Shown one piece after another: positions 1 through 9,516 of a stretch of 52,836 nt of DNA. Under the pieces are notes generated by a model. That model was not told the DNA's origin. It searched no databases and saw only the letters and a list, made by a program, of their open reading frames with translations. Each line of letters opens with the position of its first letter. The first letter of the stretch is position 1. This stretch comes from Parcubacteria group bacterium (GTDB lineage Bacteria; Patescibacteriota; Minisyncoccia; UBA10092): positions 1-52,836 of the forward strand of contig JACPHB010000014.1 in assembly GCA_016188835.1 (NCBI GenBank), given 5' to 3'. Made by a program: the position numbers and the translations under genes.

Positions 1-2
1 AA

Positions 3-1031
3 CTATCGCTTTAATAATTTTCTTAAATTATATAAATAATACCAAAATGGTTTTAAAATTAAATCATAAGAATCGGAATATTCCAGAAGTTCGCCGCCAA
101 AACGCTTTTTAAACCGTGAAATGCCCTCAAAATTTTCGCCAACAGCGCCAAAGTTATAAATCTTAAGCTCTAATTTTTTAACTTCAACAATTATTTTCCA
201 ATGCAATAAATAAGTCGCCATTAAATTTTTATATTCATCGCTGGAAGCGCCAAAAATAAAACTTGCCGCTTCGCCATAAAGCAAAATCAAATTTATGGCG
301 AGTATTTTATTATTGTAATTTGCAATTGCCAAAAAAGCGTTTTTATTTCCCTCGCAATTTGTAAAAATATTTTTATAATAAACCTCCGGATGCAAACTGA
401 ATTTATTTCTTTCGGCGGTTTTTTTCATTAAATTATAAAAATCTGGGAAATACTTTTGAAAATCAGTTTTTATAATTTCAACCCTCACGCCTTTATTCTC
501 TGCTAATCGAATCCCGTAGCGAATTTTAGGATGCATCTTATTTAAAATTTCTTCTTCCGGTTTTTCTAAATTTAAAATCCACTCAAATTTTGGTTGAAAA
601 TATGAGGAATGATAAGCGTATACTGGTACTTTCTTAAAATAACTTTTATAACTTTCTTTACTGCCATAATCCGAATTACGGGAGTGAAAATCAAATCGGA
701 CAAAAATCGCATTTTCTTCTTTGGCAATTTTAAGCAATTTTTCGTGAAACTCTTTTAAAAATTCATTGTTGCTTGTTGCTTGTTGCGTGTTGCTTGTTAA
801 AACGGGCCCATGCGGAATATATAAAAAACTTTTAGAAAATGGGAGCGGATATTTTATAATTTGGAAAACTCCAATAATTTCGGAATCTTTTTTAATTTTA
901 AATCTTCTGACTTTGCGTCCCATTTTTTCCTGCCATTCGCCAAAAAACCATGCTTGAGTAAAAGGCGCATTTTCTGCAAGTAAAAGCGGATTATATTCCG
1001 CTTTATTTTTTATCTCAAAAAATTCAAACAT
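3..1031 (-). CDS. FemAB/FemX-family peptidoglycan bridge aminoacyltransferase
   Basis: FTQAWFFGE, LYIPHGPV, RYGIRLAENKGV, YNFGA...GISRFKKRFGG are FemABX motifs. Carries two repeat-derived inserts (TSNTQQATSN; HSRNSDYGS). Confidence 0.88.
   Translation of the reverse strand: MFEFFEIKNKAEYNPLLLAENAPFTQAWFFGEWQEKMGRKVRRFKIKKDSEIIGVFQIIKYPLPFSKSFLYIPHGPVLTSNTQQATSNNEFLKEFHEKLLKIAKEENAIFVRFDFHSRNSDYGSKESYKSYFKKVPVYAYHSSYFQPKFEWILNLEKPEEEILNKMHPKIRYGIRLAENKGVRVEIIKTDFQKYFPDFYNLMKKTAERNKFSLHPEVYYKNIFTNCEGNKNAFLAIANYNNKILAINLILLYGEAASFIFGASSDEYKNLMATYLLHWKIIVEVKKLELKIYNFGAVGENFEGISRFKKRFGGELLEYSDSYDLILKPFWYYLYNLRKLLKR
659..686. repeat. Intragenic copy of the TrpR-flanking palindrome
   Basis: tactgccataatccgaattacgggagtg matches 5974-6001 at 26/28 nt and lies in frame in femX. 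Confidence 0.9.
766..798. repeat. Heptamer tandem repeat (TTGTTGC)n inside femX
   Basis: ttgttgc ttgttgc ttgttgc gtgttgc ttgtt. Confidence 0.9.
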
Positions 1032-1075
1032 TATTGTTATTTTAAGCGTTTTTCAGTTTAAAAACAATAAAAAAT

Positions 1076-1100
1076 AAAAAGCGCGTAAAAAAGCGCGCTT
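1076..1100 (-). terminator. Intrinsic terminator after uppS
   Basis: aagcgcg-N8-cgcgctt hairpin followed by a T-run on the minus strand. Confidence 0.55.
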
Positions 1101-1822
1101 TAAGCCCCAAACCGTCGTTCATATGCTCCATACTGTTCAATGACTGAAAGAAATTGTTCTTTGGAAAAATCTGGCCAAAGCGTTTCCGTATGGTAATACG
1201 CCGAATCGGTCGCAATAAAAGGAAGCGCGCCCGAACTGCGATGCGACCAACCGGGCCTTTCCTCTCCGGTTCGAATTTCGAGATCAACCGAAGGCAAACT
1301 ACGTGTCCAAGAAAATCTTTTAACGGTCTCAAAACTAATATCGTCTGGGTTCACTACCGATGCAGCGCGAACAGCTTTTGCCGCATCGGCAATTTCGGTT
1401 TTACCGCTATATCCTAAAAGGATCGTAAGGTGTCGATCTTTATAAACAGCGGTTTTTTCCTCAAGCGAATGAATACAATCGGAAAACCGGTTATCGGAAA
1501 AAATCTTTTCCCACCCGCCTAAAACACGCAGTCGAATATGGTTCGTAAAAAGTTTTTCAACAATGTTACCCTCGAGTTCTCTCCGCAAAAGTCCGGTCAA
1601 AAAACTGATTTCAACAGGATCTCTTTTTGTAAGATTGTCTTCAGACGCGGCCCAAAAAGTGAAATACGAAATACCGCATTCAAAAGCTGTGTCGCTTATT
1701 TCATGAAATCTTTCCCGGCCTTGAATATGACCTTCCCACGGCGCCAAATGCCGAGACATTGCCCATCTTCGATTTCCATCTGGAATAATAAAAACATGGC
1801 GCGGAAGATTATCCTGAATCAT
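1100..1822 (-). CDS. uppS: Undecaprenyl/polyprenyl diphosphate synthase (cis-prenyltransferase)
   Basis: PRHVFIIPDGNRRWA, S-x-DN-x-KR, DLEIRTG, LWPDF, ERRFG. Confidence 0.92.
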   Translation of the reverse strand: MIQDNLPRHVFIIPDGNRRWAMSRHLAPWEGHIQGRERFHEISDTAFECGISYFTFWAASEDNLTKRDPVEISFLTGLLRRELEGNIVEKLFTNHIRLRVLGGWEKIFSDNRFSDCIHSLEEKTAVYKDRHLTILLGYSGKTEIADAAKAVRAASVVNPDDISFETVKRFSWTRSLPSVDLEIRTGEERPGWSHRSSGALPFIATDSAYYHTETLWPDFSKEQFLSVIEQYGAYERRFGA

Positions 1823-1896
1823 GAGTCCCCTCTACTTTATTTTTTAAAAAACTAAATTATAATAGATTAAAACATGGCAAAGTAAAATTGTCAATG

Positions 1897-1981
1897 CGGA
1901 GAGGGCGAGATTCGAACTCGCGATACCTTGCGGTATACGCGCTTTCCAAGCGCGCGCAATAGGCCTCTATGCGACCTCTCC
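1897..1981 (-). tRNA. tRNA-Ser(GGA), long variable arm, CCA not encoded
   Basis: Reverse complement GGAGAGGTCGCATAGAGGCCTATTGCGCGCGCTTGGAAAGCGCGTATACCGCAAGGTATCGCGAGTTCGAATCTCGCCCTCTCCG folds as a cloverleaf with anticodon GGA and a TTCGAAT T-loop. Confidence 0.96.
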
Positions 1982-1995
1982 ACAAATTTATTTTT

Positions 1996-2913
1996 TTAAA
2001 TTTTCAAACCTTTCAATATTTTTATTCTTTCCCCAATCGGCGGGTGGGTGGAGAAGATTTTTACAAGCCATGGAGTCCGCCTATTGGCGGAATTATCCCT
2101 ATCTGCTCCGAAAGGATTTTCTAAAAATAAATGCGCGGTGGCATTGGAAGCGGTTTTCATCGGCCGCTGGTAGGTTGAAATTTTTTCTAAAGCATTCGCA
2201 AGTCCTTCTGGGTATCTAGTTAAAAGAGCGCCTGAAGTGTCGGCTAAAAATTCCCTTTTACGAGAAATTGCCATATGAATTAAAGAAGTGATAATCGGCG
2301 CTAAAATAGATAGTGCAATGCCGACAATAATCAAAATTCCTCCGGCGCGGGAATCATTATCTCGGCTTCTTATCCCCCCAAACAACATAGAGCGCATAAA
2401 CATATCCGAAAGAATGGCTATAAAACCAACCAAAACCACAGCCACGGTTGAAACCAGCATATCCCGATTTCCTATGTGGGAAAGTTCGTGGCTGAGCACT
2501 CCTTCAAGTTCACTGCGATCCAGTTTTTCCATGAGCCCTGTTGTTACCGCTACCACAGCGTTTTTCGGATTACGTCCGGTGGCAAAAGCGTTTGGCGCCG
2601 GATCTTCTATTATATAGAACCTTGGCATGGGAAGTCCGGCGGCAATGGTAAGATTTTCTAAAATTCTGTAAAGCTCGGGATGTGATTTTAAATCCACCGG
2701 TTTCGCTTTATGCATTTTTAAAACAATCTTGTCCGAAAACCAATAGCTTAAAACGTTCATAAAAATACTAAAAGCCACCGCAATATATAAGATGCCGGAA
2801 TTTCCGTAAATCTGGCTGAAAATCCATCCGATTCCAATAACAACGCCAAAAAAAACGGTCATCATCAGCCAGGTTTTGTAAATATTTTTAGAGCGCTCTG
2901 TGTAAAGAGTCAT
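1996..2913 (-). CDS. htpX: Zinc metalloprotease HtpX (M48); likely start ATG at 2913
   Basis: PNAFATG, HELSH (HExxH), SRKREFLAD, FSTHPP; downstream of lemA. Confidence 0.95.
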   Translation of the reverse strand: MTLYTERSKNIYKTWLMMTVFFGVVIGIGWIFSQIYGNSGILYIAVAFSIFMNVLSYWFSDKIVLKMHKAKPVDLKSHPELYRILENLTIAAGLPMPRFYIIEDPAPNAFATGRNPKNAVVAVTTGLMEKLDRSELEGVLSHELSHIGNRDMLVSTVAVVLVGFIAILSDMFMRSMLFGGIRSRDNDSRAGGILIIVGIALSILAPIITSLIHMAISRKREFLADTSGALLTRYPEGLANALEKISTYQRPMKTASNATAHLFLENPFGADRDNSANRRTPWLVKIFSTHPPIGERIKILKGLKI

Positions 2914-2921
2914 ATTAATGA

Positions 2922-3015
2922 AAGATGAAAACAAATTTTTAAAATTGTAGGTGGGGGCGAGCCGTTCGCCGTAGGCGAATGGGGCTAAGCAATTTTAAAA
3001 ATTTGTTTTCATCTT
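2922..3015. repeat. Dispersed structured element copy A (26-bp perfect inverted arms around a GC core)
   Basis: aagatgaaaacaaatttttaaaattg...caattttaaaaatttgttttcatctt; the core recurs at 33061-33119. Confidence 0.92.
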
Positions 3016-3021
3016 GATAAT

Positions 3022-3576
3022 TTAGAATTTAACCTTGACCGGTTCTTTGGCCACTTCTTCTTCAAGATCAAAAAGTTCTTTGCGGGTAAAACCAAGCGTA
3101 TTAGCAATCATATTCGCTGGAAACGACTCTATAGCAATGTTATAGTCGCGCACGTTGGAATTATAGAAGCGGCGCGCCGACTGGATCTTATTTTCGGTGT
3201 CGGCTAATTCGCGCTGCAAATCCAAAAAATTGGCATTGGCTTTAAGATCGGGATAATTTTCCGCTACCGCAAAAAGAGTTTTTAGGGTGTTAGAAAGCAT
3301 ATTTTCTGCCTCCGCGTGCTCCGCGTTTGAATGAGCGCCCATAGCTTGCGTCCTAGCCCGAGTAACATTTTCAAGAACTCCTTTTTCGTGGGCAGCGTAT
3401 CCTTTTACAGTTTCAACAACATTTGGAATCAAATCATATCGTCGCTTCATTTGCACCTCAATATCGGACCAGGCCTCTTCAACGCGATTGCGCTTCCTGA
3501 CCAAATTGTTAAAGATGAAAATAAGCGATAATAGTAAAAAACCTATAACCGCAATAACAATATATAGTATATTCAT
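3022..3576 (-). CDS. lemA: LemA family protein
   Basis: N-terminal TM; EAWSDIEVQMKRRYDLIPN, AVAENYPDLKAN, ENKIQSARRFYN. Confidence 0.96.
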   Translation of the reverse strand: MNILYIVIAVIGFLLLSLIFIFNNLVRKRNRVEEAWSDIEVQMKRRYDLIPNVVETVKGYAAHEKGVLENVTRARTQAMGAHSNAEHAEAENMLSNTLKTLFAVAENYPDLKANANFLDLQRELADTENKIQSARRFYNSNVRDYNIAIESFPANMIANTLGFTRKELFDLEEEVAKEPVKVKF

Positions 3577-3640
3577 GAATGTTTTTATTGAATAATAATA
3601 TTATAATTTTAACCTAAAAACCTGAAAAAATCAAATAATA

Positions 3641-4258
3641 CTACGGAGCGTTGGGTTCCGGGCCTTGATTTATATATTTATCAATAAAATCACCGATGCG
3701 TTTCAATTCTTCACTGTTTAAAGAATTGCCGGAAACCGGATCAAATTTATCAAGCCAATTCCAAGCTGCGATAGCAATTAATTTGTCATTTTCCTTTCTC
3801 GGCTCAACAATAATTTTTTTTCCGAAACCATAAAAACTTTCCAACTGCTTAACCATTTCCGGACTCGCGTCCGGACGATAAGAAATCCAAACGTAACCAT
3901 GTTCAAGATTATGAACTAAACCCTCATCTGGCTGTTGCTCTTTGTAAACACCCTTTGATTCCCATTCTTCGTAATGCCACCCTGAAGTCGGTGGATTGGA
4001 ATTATAAACCGGATGCGAAGCGCCAACCGCAATATGGTTACGGCCTTGATCGGAAATTTCTATGGCATAAATTTTTCTTTCGGCAATTTTTTCCTTACTT
4101 CCTTTCGCAATCCAATAAATTCCTCCGCCTATAACCAAAACTGCAGCCAACCAAATCAAAATCTTTTTAAACATCCTGAATTTACCGGTTCTTTTTTCCC
4201 CGGCCAGTTTTTCATTTTTTTTCTGTTCATACAATTCTTTCGGCGATAAGTTATTCAT
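3641..4258 (-). CDS. DUF3105-like membrane-anchored protein
   Basis: H...YNSNPPTSGWH, VHNLEHGYVWISY, AAW. Confidence 0.8.
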   Translation of the reverse strand: MNNLSPKELYEQKKNEKLAGEKRTGKFRMFKKILIWLAAVLVIGGGIYWIAKGSKEKIAERKIYAIEISDQGRNHIAVGASHPVYNSNPPTSGWHYEEWESKGVYKEQQPDEGLVHNLEHGYVWISYRPDASPEMVKQLESFYGFGKKIIVEPRKENDKLIAIAAWNWLDKFDPVSGNSLNSEELKRIGDFIDKYINQGPEPNAP

Positions 4259-4262
4259 ATTT

Positions 4263-5465
4263 TTATTTATCTAAGGCTTCTTCAGTATACACATTTCTCG
4301 GGTTCCATAAAAGCCAACCGGAGGTAAGGCCGGCGTCATAAACTGCCTGTTTTTCTTTGCGAATCATTTCTCCATTATAAATCGCGCCGATGTTGAAATC
4401 CTGAAGCCACGGACGAAGTTTTTTTAGGCGCTTCTCAAAAACCGGATTAACAATAGCTGGTGTAGTCGTTCCAACTTCGATAACCGATTTATCCCAAAGC
4501 TGCGCCTTTCCCTTTTCAATCGTCCTCAAAACAACTTCATAAGGATATTCTGCTGGATTATCAAAACCAAAATTTCCCGGCAAATAATGCGACGGATAAA
4601 TCATTGGAGACACAAAATCAAAATAATCGTAAAGTTCAACAAAATTTTGCCCAATACCCAAATCGTCCTTCCTTAGCATATTATACGCGAATAAATCAAC
4701 GGAAAGCGTGATATAAGAATCGTACTTTTTAAGTTCTGAAGTTAAGTAATTCGCGAAATCATTTATTATATGGTTTTTTAATACCGAGGGGAAAACTACG
4801 TCGTCGTCTTTTTTAAATCCTGGATAACGGATGTAGTCAAAATTCAACTCGTCAAAACCGGCATCAATTGCTTTTTTGGCAATATCTACATTATAAGCCC
4901 AAGTTTCGCGATTTTCAGGATCCATCCAGTACCAGCCGCGATTATCAACCCACAGATAACCGTCTGATTTTTTAAAATACCAATCAGGATGCGCTTTAAT
5001 TTGAGAACTGTCTTGAAAAACCACAAGACGGGCAATGGCATAAATCCCATGCTCGTGAAGCCGGCCAACAAGTTGCTTTGTATAATCGTCTATATATGCG
5101 CCGCTGTCTTTCACATCAATTACGACGGCAGTAAGTTCAGTGCGATCAATCAAATCAATCCGCTTTTCTATGTTTTTTGAAGAACGTGATATCCAGACTG
5201 TAGTATAAATTCCCATTTGCCGAGCTGGTTTTTGAAGAATCGTTTCTTCCGGTCGACCGACATTCAGAAAACGATTGATAATATTATTTGAAAATAAAAA
5301 AACGGCCGCCGGAATTTTTTTAAAAAAATCAAAATTTTTAGCAATAGATACGCCGCCGGCAATAATGAAAATCAGCAAAAGTATTATCGTAAAACTATAT
5401 AATTTCACTGTGTTTATCTTACCATAAATTTTTAGATAAATTAAAACTGCCTTGTTGGCAGTCAA
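4263..5465 (-). CDS. Putative glycoside hydrolase (DUF4015-like TIM barrel), secreted; start uncertain
   Basis: VVIDVKD, IARLVVFQD, GFDELNFDYIRYP, IGQ, SPMIYPSHY, RPWLQDF, LWNPRNVY. Confidence 0.8.
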   Translation of the reverse strand: MTANKAVLIYLKIYGKINTVKLYSFTIILLLIFIIAGGVSIAKNFDFFKKIPAAVFLFSNNIINRFLNVGRPEETILQKPARQMGIYTTVWISRSSKNIEKRIDLIDRTELTAVVIDVKDSGAYIDDYTKQLVGRLHEHGIYAIARLVVFQDSSQIKAHPDWYFKKSDGYLWVDNRGWYWMDPENRETWAYNVDIAKKAIDAGFDELNFDYIRYPGFKKDDDVVFPSVLKNHIINDFANYLTSELKKYDSYITLSVDLFAYNMLRKDDLGIGQNFVELYDYFDFVSPMIYPSHYLPGNFGFDNPAEYPYEVVLRTIEKGKAQLWDKSVIEVGTTTPAIVNPVFEKRLKKLRPWLQDFNIGAIYNGEMIRKEKQAVYDAGLTSGWLLWNPRNVYTEEALDK

Positions 5466-5474
5466 AAATTGCTC

Positions 5475-5855
5475 TTAGGGTTTAGTTAGATCTAAAGTTT
5501 TGGTGCAACCATGTAAAGACACTTCAATGAAAATTCTAACGGCGCGCAAATGAGCTGTCATAAGAGGATCGTCGCAATCCTTAATGCCCACTAGTCGAAC
5601 GCTGTATTTTCCAGGAGGAATATTAGAAAAGACAGCTAACCCTCCATCGCTAGTTATGGTTATGGTTCTGAATTCACTATCAGATGATGATAACGAAACA
5701 AAGATGCCACTGACGGTCTGTTCATTTTGTCCAAACACCTTAACAGTGACGGTATCAATTATCTTGCTTTCTCGATAGGCCAAATACGTCATATAAATTG
5801 CTGGTCCAATTAATACTGCCAATGCAATCAATATGGCTTTCGTTGATTTCCTCAC
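5475..5855 (-). CDS. Small membrane-anchored protein with a carboxypeptidase-regulatory-like/Ig fold
   Basis: TM helix, then TSDGGLAVFSNIPPGKYSV; own promoter and G-rich RBS. Confidence 0.55.
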   Translation of the reverse strand: MRKSTKAILIALAVLIGPAIYMTYLAYRESKIIDTVTVKVFGQNEQTVSGIFVSLSSSDSEFRTITITSDGGLAVFSNIPPGKYSVRLVGIKDCDDPLMTAHLRAVRIFIEVSLHGCTKTLDLTKP

Positions 5856-5973
5856 GTGTGACCCCCACTTTGATTAATTAAAGATCAGGTTTATTTATGG
5901 TAATAAGATTATATTACACAAAGAATAAAGTCAAACTTAGTAATTCTTTTAAGAATCTTACCGGAGATTACAT

Positions 5974-6001
5974 TACTCCCATTATCCGAATTACGGGAGT
6001 G
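5974..6001. repeat. Palindrome downstream of the TrpR-like gene
   Basis: tactcccattatccgaattacgggagtg; inverted copy of 6459-6486. Confidence 0.9.
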
Positions 6002-6016
6002 CTATATATATAGATT

Positions 6017-6448
6017 TTATTTGGATTTTTTATCTAAAAATAAATTAAATAACAAGAAATGTAAAGGATATTTCTTTCTCAACCATTCAAATGAAAGGGG
6101 TCGGGGTAGTATTTTATTAACACCTCTCTTATCAAGCACTTTATTAAATTCTCGAATGGCTTTCTCATAACCTCCAAAACCCCTTATCAACCAACTATGG
6201 ACTTTGGCGATATTATCGTATCCGGCTTTAATACGAACTCTGATCTCCTCATAAGTCATACCTTCTAGAAGATATTTAGCAATCATAATTCGGCGCGACA
6301 ACATAATTGCTTCACTTTCACTAAGTAAGTCCTTGAAGAAATTTTTAACCTCATCCCTTGATTTAAACGCTGCGATGCTGGTCCATAACAAGTCCAAATA
6401 TTTCATTCTGTCCAAACTGTTTATTTTCCTTGGATTAATTTTAGCCAT
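6017..6448 (-). CDS. TrpR-like (YerC/YecD) DNA-binding protein
   Basis: FFKDLLSESEAIMLSRRIMIAKYLLEGMTYEEI...IAKV...GFGGY. Confidence 0.85.
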   Translation of the reverse strand: MAKINPRKINSLDRMKYLDLLWTSIAAFKSRDEVKNFFKDLLSESEAIMLSRRIMIAKYLLEGMTYEEIRVRIKAGYDNIAKVHSWLIRGFGGYEKAIREFNKVLDKRGVNKILPRPLSFEWLRKKYPLHFLLFNLFLDKKSK

Positions 6449-6458
6449 AAATTTATTT

Positions 6459-6486
6459 TACTCCCATAATTCGGATAATGGGAGTA
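6459..6486. promoter_or_regulatory. Operator-like palindrome upstream of the TrpR-like gene
   Basis: tactcccataattcggataatgggagta, 10 nt upstream of the ATG. Confidence 0.75.
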
Positions 6487-6557
6487 TATTACATAATAAA
6501 ATAAATAACAAATTATTTGGAATATAAAAGTTGCAAATTTAAATTCCCCGTGCCAAA

Positions 6558-7210
6558 TTAAAAATTTTGGGATAGGAAATCTAAGATTCTTTGTTTTAAT
6601 TCCGGTTCAGAATTAAACATCCGCGTGCCATGGCCGGCATCTTCGTATTTAATAAATTCTTTTTTTGCCGCTACCGAAATATCAAAAAGACGTTCGCATG
6701 ATTCAAACGAATAATTATCGTCTTTACTTGCAATGAGTAAAAGGTTTTTCCTAAAATTGCGAGAAGCAATTTCGGTTTTTATACCTTTGTAATTAAGTCC
6801 GGGAGACATAGCAACAACAATTTTTGGTTGGGATTTTGCACCATAAAGAAGGGCGAGATTAGCACCGATTGAACCGCCAATTATGGCCAGCTCGGTTTCG
6901 GGAATTCTGTTTGTAAGCCACTGCGCCGCCGCTTCAACATCGTAAATCATTTTGTCATAGTCAGCTGGTGTAAATTCTTGCCACGAGCCTATTTCCCCCG
7001 GCCAGGCCTCTGATTCGCCATGGCCCCTCTCGTCTATATTTAAAACATTATAATTATTGGTAAACAAAAAATTCGCGAACTCTTCAAAATTAGCGCGGCT
7101 TCCCGGCAATATATGCAATAACAAAACTGATTTCTTATTTTTTGCATCATAGAAGTCGCCAACAACTTTTATGCCGTCTTTAGTTTGAAAATTAATATTT
7201 TTTTTTCCAT
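6558..7210 (-). CDS. Alpha/beta hydrolase; natural ATG (7210) is put out of frame by an A9 run
   Basis: DERGHGES, GGSIG nucleophile elbow, GHGT. The frame continues upstream as INFQTKDGIKVVGDFY, while ATG-G-A9 is one base short of that frame. Confidence 0.8.
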
Positions 7211-7216
7211 TTACTA

Positions 7217-7987
7217 TTAATTTTTAAAGAAAAGAGAAATTATAAAAAATATAATACCTGTTAAAATTATGGCCGGACCGGGAGGAAAATTAAATGCGGT
7301 TGAAATTAAAATACCTGTAAATGTCATGATCAAACCAAAAATAACGCTAAAAATTAAAAATGATTTTAAACTCCAGGCAAAGTTGCGAGCGGAAACAGCC
7401 GGCAAAATTGTAAGGGCACCCATTAAAACTGATCCGATAAGCTTAATACCTAGGGCTATGCTTAACGCAAAAAGCAAGAGAAATGCGAGATAAGAAAAAT
7501 CAGGGCGAAATCCGATCGATTTCGCCAAATCCGGCGCCGCGATACTAAGCGTTAGGCGGCGCGACAACAGCATTGTTAAAGAAAATATCATTGATGAGGC
7601 CATGATAATAATTACCGCGTCAAATTTTTTAATAGCAAATAAGTTGCCGAATAAACTTTCAAAAAGTTCTTCATTGGGAACTAATATAACGCCTAAAGCA
7701 AGAGTAGCGGTAAAAAAAGTGCCGATGATAGCTTCCGGCGGCAAAGCCGTTTTTTTCTCAATTAACCAAGTGCCGAAAGCCGCCACTAAAAGAAAAGTTG
7801 CTGCTCCATAAACAGGATCAATACTTAACATCAGCGCCAATCCAATACCAGGAAGTGCCACATGTGATAACACATCACCCACCAAAGCCATTCTTTTAAC
7901 CACAATAAAAGCGCCGAGCAAACTTGCGGCTAAAGCCGTAAACAAACCGGAAATTAGTATTAATAAGAATTGGTTATCAATTGCCAT
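7217..7987 (-). CDS. znuB: Zn/Mn ABC transporter permease (ZnuB-like)
   Basis: GAFIVVKRMALVGDVLSHVALPGI, LFGN, PPGPAII. Confidence 0.9.
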   Translation of the reverse strand: MAIDNQFLLILISGLFTALAASLLGAFIVVKRMALVGDVLSHVALPGIGLALMLSIDPVYGAATFLLVAAFGTWLIEKKTALPPEAIIGTFFTATLALGVILVPNEELFESLFGNLFAIKKFDAVIIIMASSMIFSLTMLLSRRLTLSIAAPDLAKSIGFRPDFSYLAFLLLFALSIALGIKLIGSVLMGALTILPAVSARNFAWSLKSFLIFSVIFGLIMTFTGILISTAFNFPPGPAIILTGIIFFIISLFFKN

Positions 7988-8008
7988 TTTTTAATATTTA
8001 TTAAAAAA

Positions 8009-8725
8009 TTAGTGAAGATGATGATAGAAAGCGTTTTCGCCGTAAAGCCGCTTAATTTGCTCATTAGTTAAAGCACGCTCCGGTTCGCCATAGCAAAGCC
8101 GCTCTTTATTAAGGCACAAAACATTATTGGCGTAGCGATATACGACATTAAGATCGTGTGAAATCATTATTATCGTCATTCCTCTTTCATCTTGAAGTTT
8201 GTGAAGCATATTATAAACGCTTTCTTCTCCGGCAATATCAATACCGGCCGTTGGTTCGTCAAAAAGCAAAACTTGCGGATGCCCTAAAATTGCCCAAGAA
8301 ATTAAAACGCGTTGCAGCTCACCTCGTGATAAATTTATTAATTGCCGATCTAAAATATTGGCATCAATATCAACCGACTTTAATTCATGAACTACCGAAT
8401 TTAATATTTGTTTATCTTTAAAAAACAAGTTTTTTGATTTCAGCAAAAAAAATTCCTTGACGGTCAGTGGTAATTCTGCTTTTTCCATAAGTTTTTGTGG
8501 AACATAGCCAATTTTAACATTTGTCCGCCATTTCACATTGCCGTCATAAGGAATGAAATCCATCAAAGCTCGAAATAAAACGGTTTTCCCGGCACCATTA
8601 GGGCCTATTATCGCCAAAAAATCGCTTTCATTCACAGAAAAAGAAATGTCTTTCAAAATTTCCTGATTGCCAAAACTTACCGACAAATCTCGAACTTCTA
8701 AAATATTTTTTTGGTTATCTGTCAT
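8009..8725 (-). CDS. znuC: Zn/Mn ABC transporter ATPase (ZnuC-like)
   Basis: GPNGAGKT, IGYVPQ, LSRGELQR, FDEPT, SHDL, C-terminal His cluster. Confidence 0.9.
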   Translation of the reverse strand: MTDNQKNILEVRDLSVSFGNQEILKDISFSVNESDFLAIIGPNGAGKTVLFRALMDFIPYDGNVKWRTNVKIGYVPQKLMEKAELPLTVKEFFLLKSKNLFFKDKQILNSVVHELKSVDIDANILDRQLINLSRGELQRVLISWAILGHPQVLLFDEPTAGIDIAGEESVYNMLHKLQDERGMTIIMISHDLNVVYRYANNVLCLNKERLCYGEPERALTNEQIKRLYGENAFYHHLH

Positions 8726-9516
8726 ATATTTTGAGAATAAAACAACGCTGCCGCGCCTATCGCTCCGGCATTTTCACCCAGCTTTCCTTTTAAAATTTTA
8801 ACATTTTTCTCTGCTTGAAGAAAAACTATAAATTTTCCAGTGGTTTTAGCCGCGCCGCCGCCGATTATTATTGCTTCCGGATCCAAAATATTAATAATAT
8901 TAGCAATGCCGATCCCCAAATTTTTCTCAAATTTTTGAGCCGCTATTTTTGAAAATTTTGATTTTCTCATTTGTTTTACTGTTGCCTCTTCTAAATATTT
9001 TCCATTATTTATTATCATATGCCCGATTTCTCCGGCAGAACCGTTCGCGCCATAAACCATTTTACCATCGATAATAATACCTCCGCCAACACCGGTTCCC
9101 AGTGTCATGCCAACAATATTCTTATAACCCTTCCCAGCGCCGAATAAATACTCGCCACGGGTAAAACACCGCGCGTCATTGTCGATTCTAATTTCATAAT
9201 TGAATTTTTTCTTTAGCCAATTTTTAATGTTTAGTCCGTCCAAAAAATTAATATTTGACCAACTTAAAATAATCCCCTTTTCTAAATCCAAAGCGCCGCC
9301 GATGCCGCAGCCGATGCCTCTAATGCTTTTCTTCCCGCCGGCCTTTTCAATTAATTCCTCAATTACTTTTTCAGACTTGCCAAAAAAATCTTTTTTATTT
9401 TTTGGCATCGGAATTTTAATTTTATAAAAAACCCGAGCATCTTTAATAAGCGCGGCAATAATTTTAGACCCACCAACATCAATCCCAATAATATATTTTT
9501 TATTAATAAATGTCAT
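8722..9516 (-). CDS. ROK family sugar kinase (shortened)
   Basis: IGIDVGGS, DNDARC, TLGTGVGGG, AGEIGH, AGAIGAA. Confidence 0.9.
   Translation of the reverse strand: MTFINKKYIIGIDVGGSKIIAALIKDARVFYKIKIPMPKNKKDFFGKSEKVIEELIEKAGGKKSIRGIGCGIGGALDLEKGIILSWSNINFLDGLNIKNWLKKKFNYEIRIDNDARCFTRGEYLFGAGKGYKNIVGMTLGTGVGGGIIIDGKMVYGANGSAGEIGHMIINNGKYLEEATVKQMRKSKFSKIAAQKFEKNLGIGIANIINILDPEAIIIGGGAAKTTGKFIVFLQAEKNVKILKGKLGENAGAIGAAALFYSQNI

Noticed and set aside
1897-1981. tRNA-Ser as an island integration site
   Set aside because: No integrase, and I saw no duplicated tRNA 3' end.
8722-9000. ROK kinase as a pseudogene because of short internal segments
   Set aside because: The frame is open and key motifs are intact; shortening also appears in Pgk and fits general streamlining.
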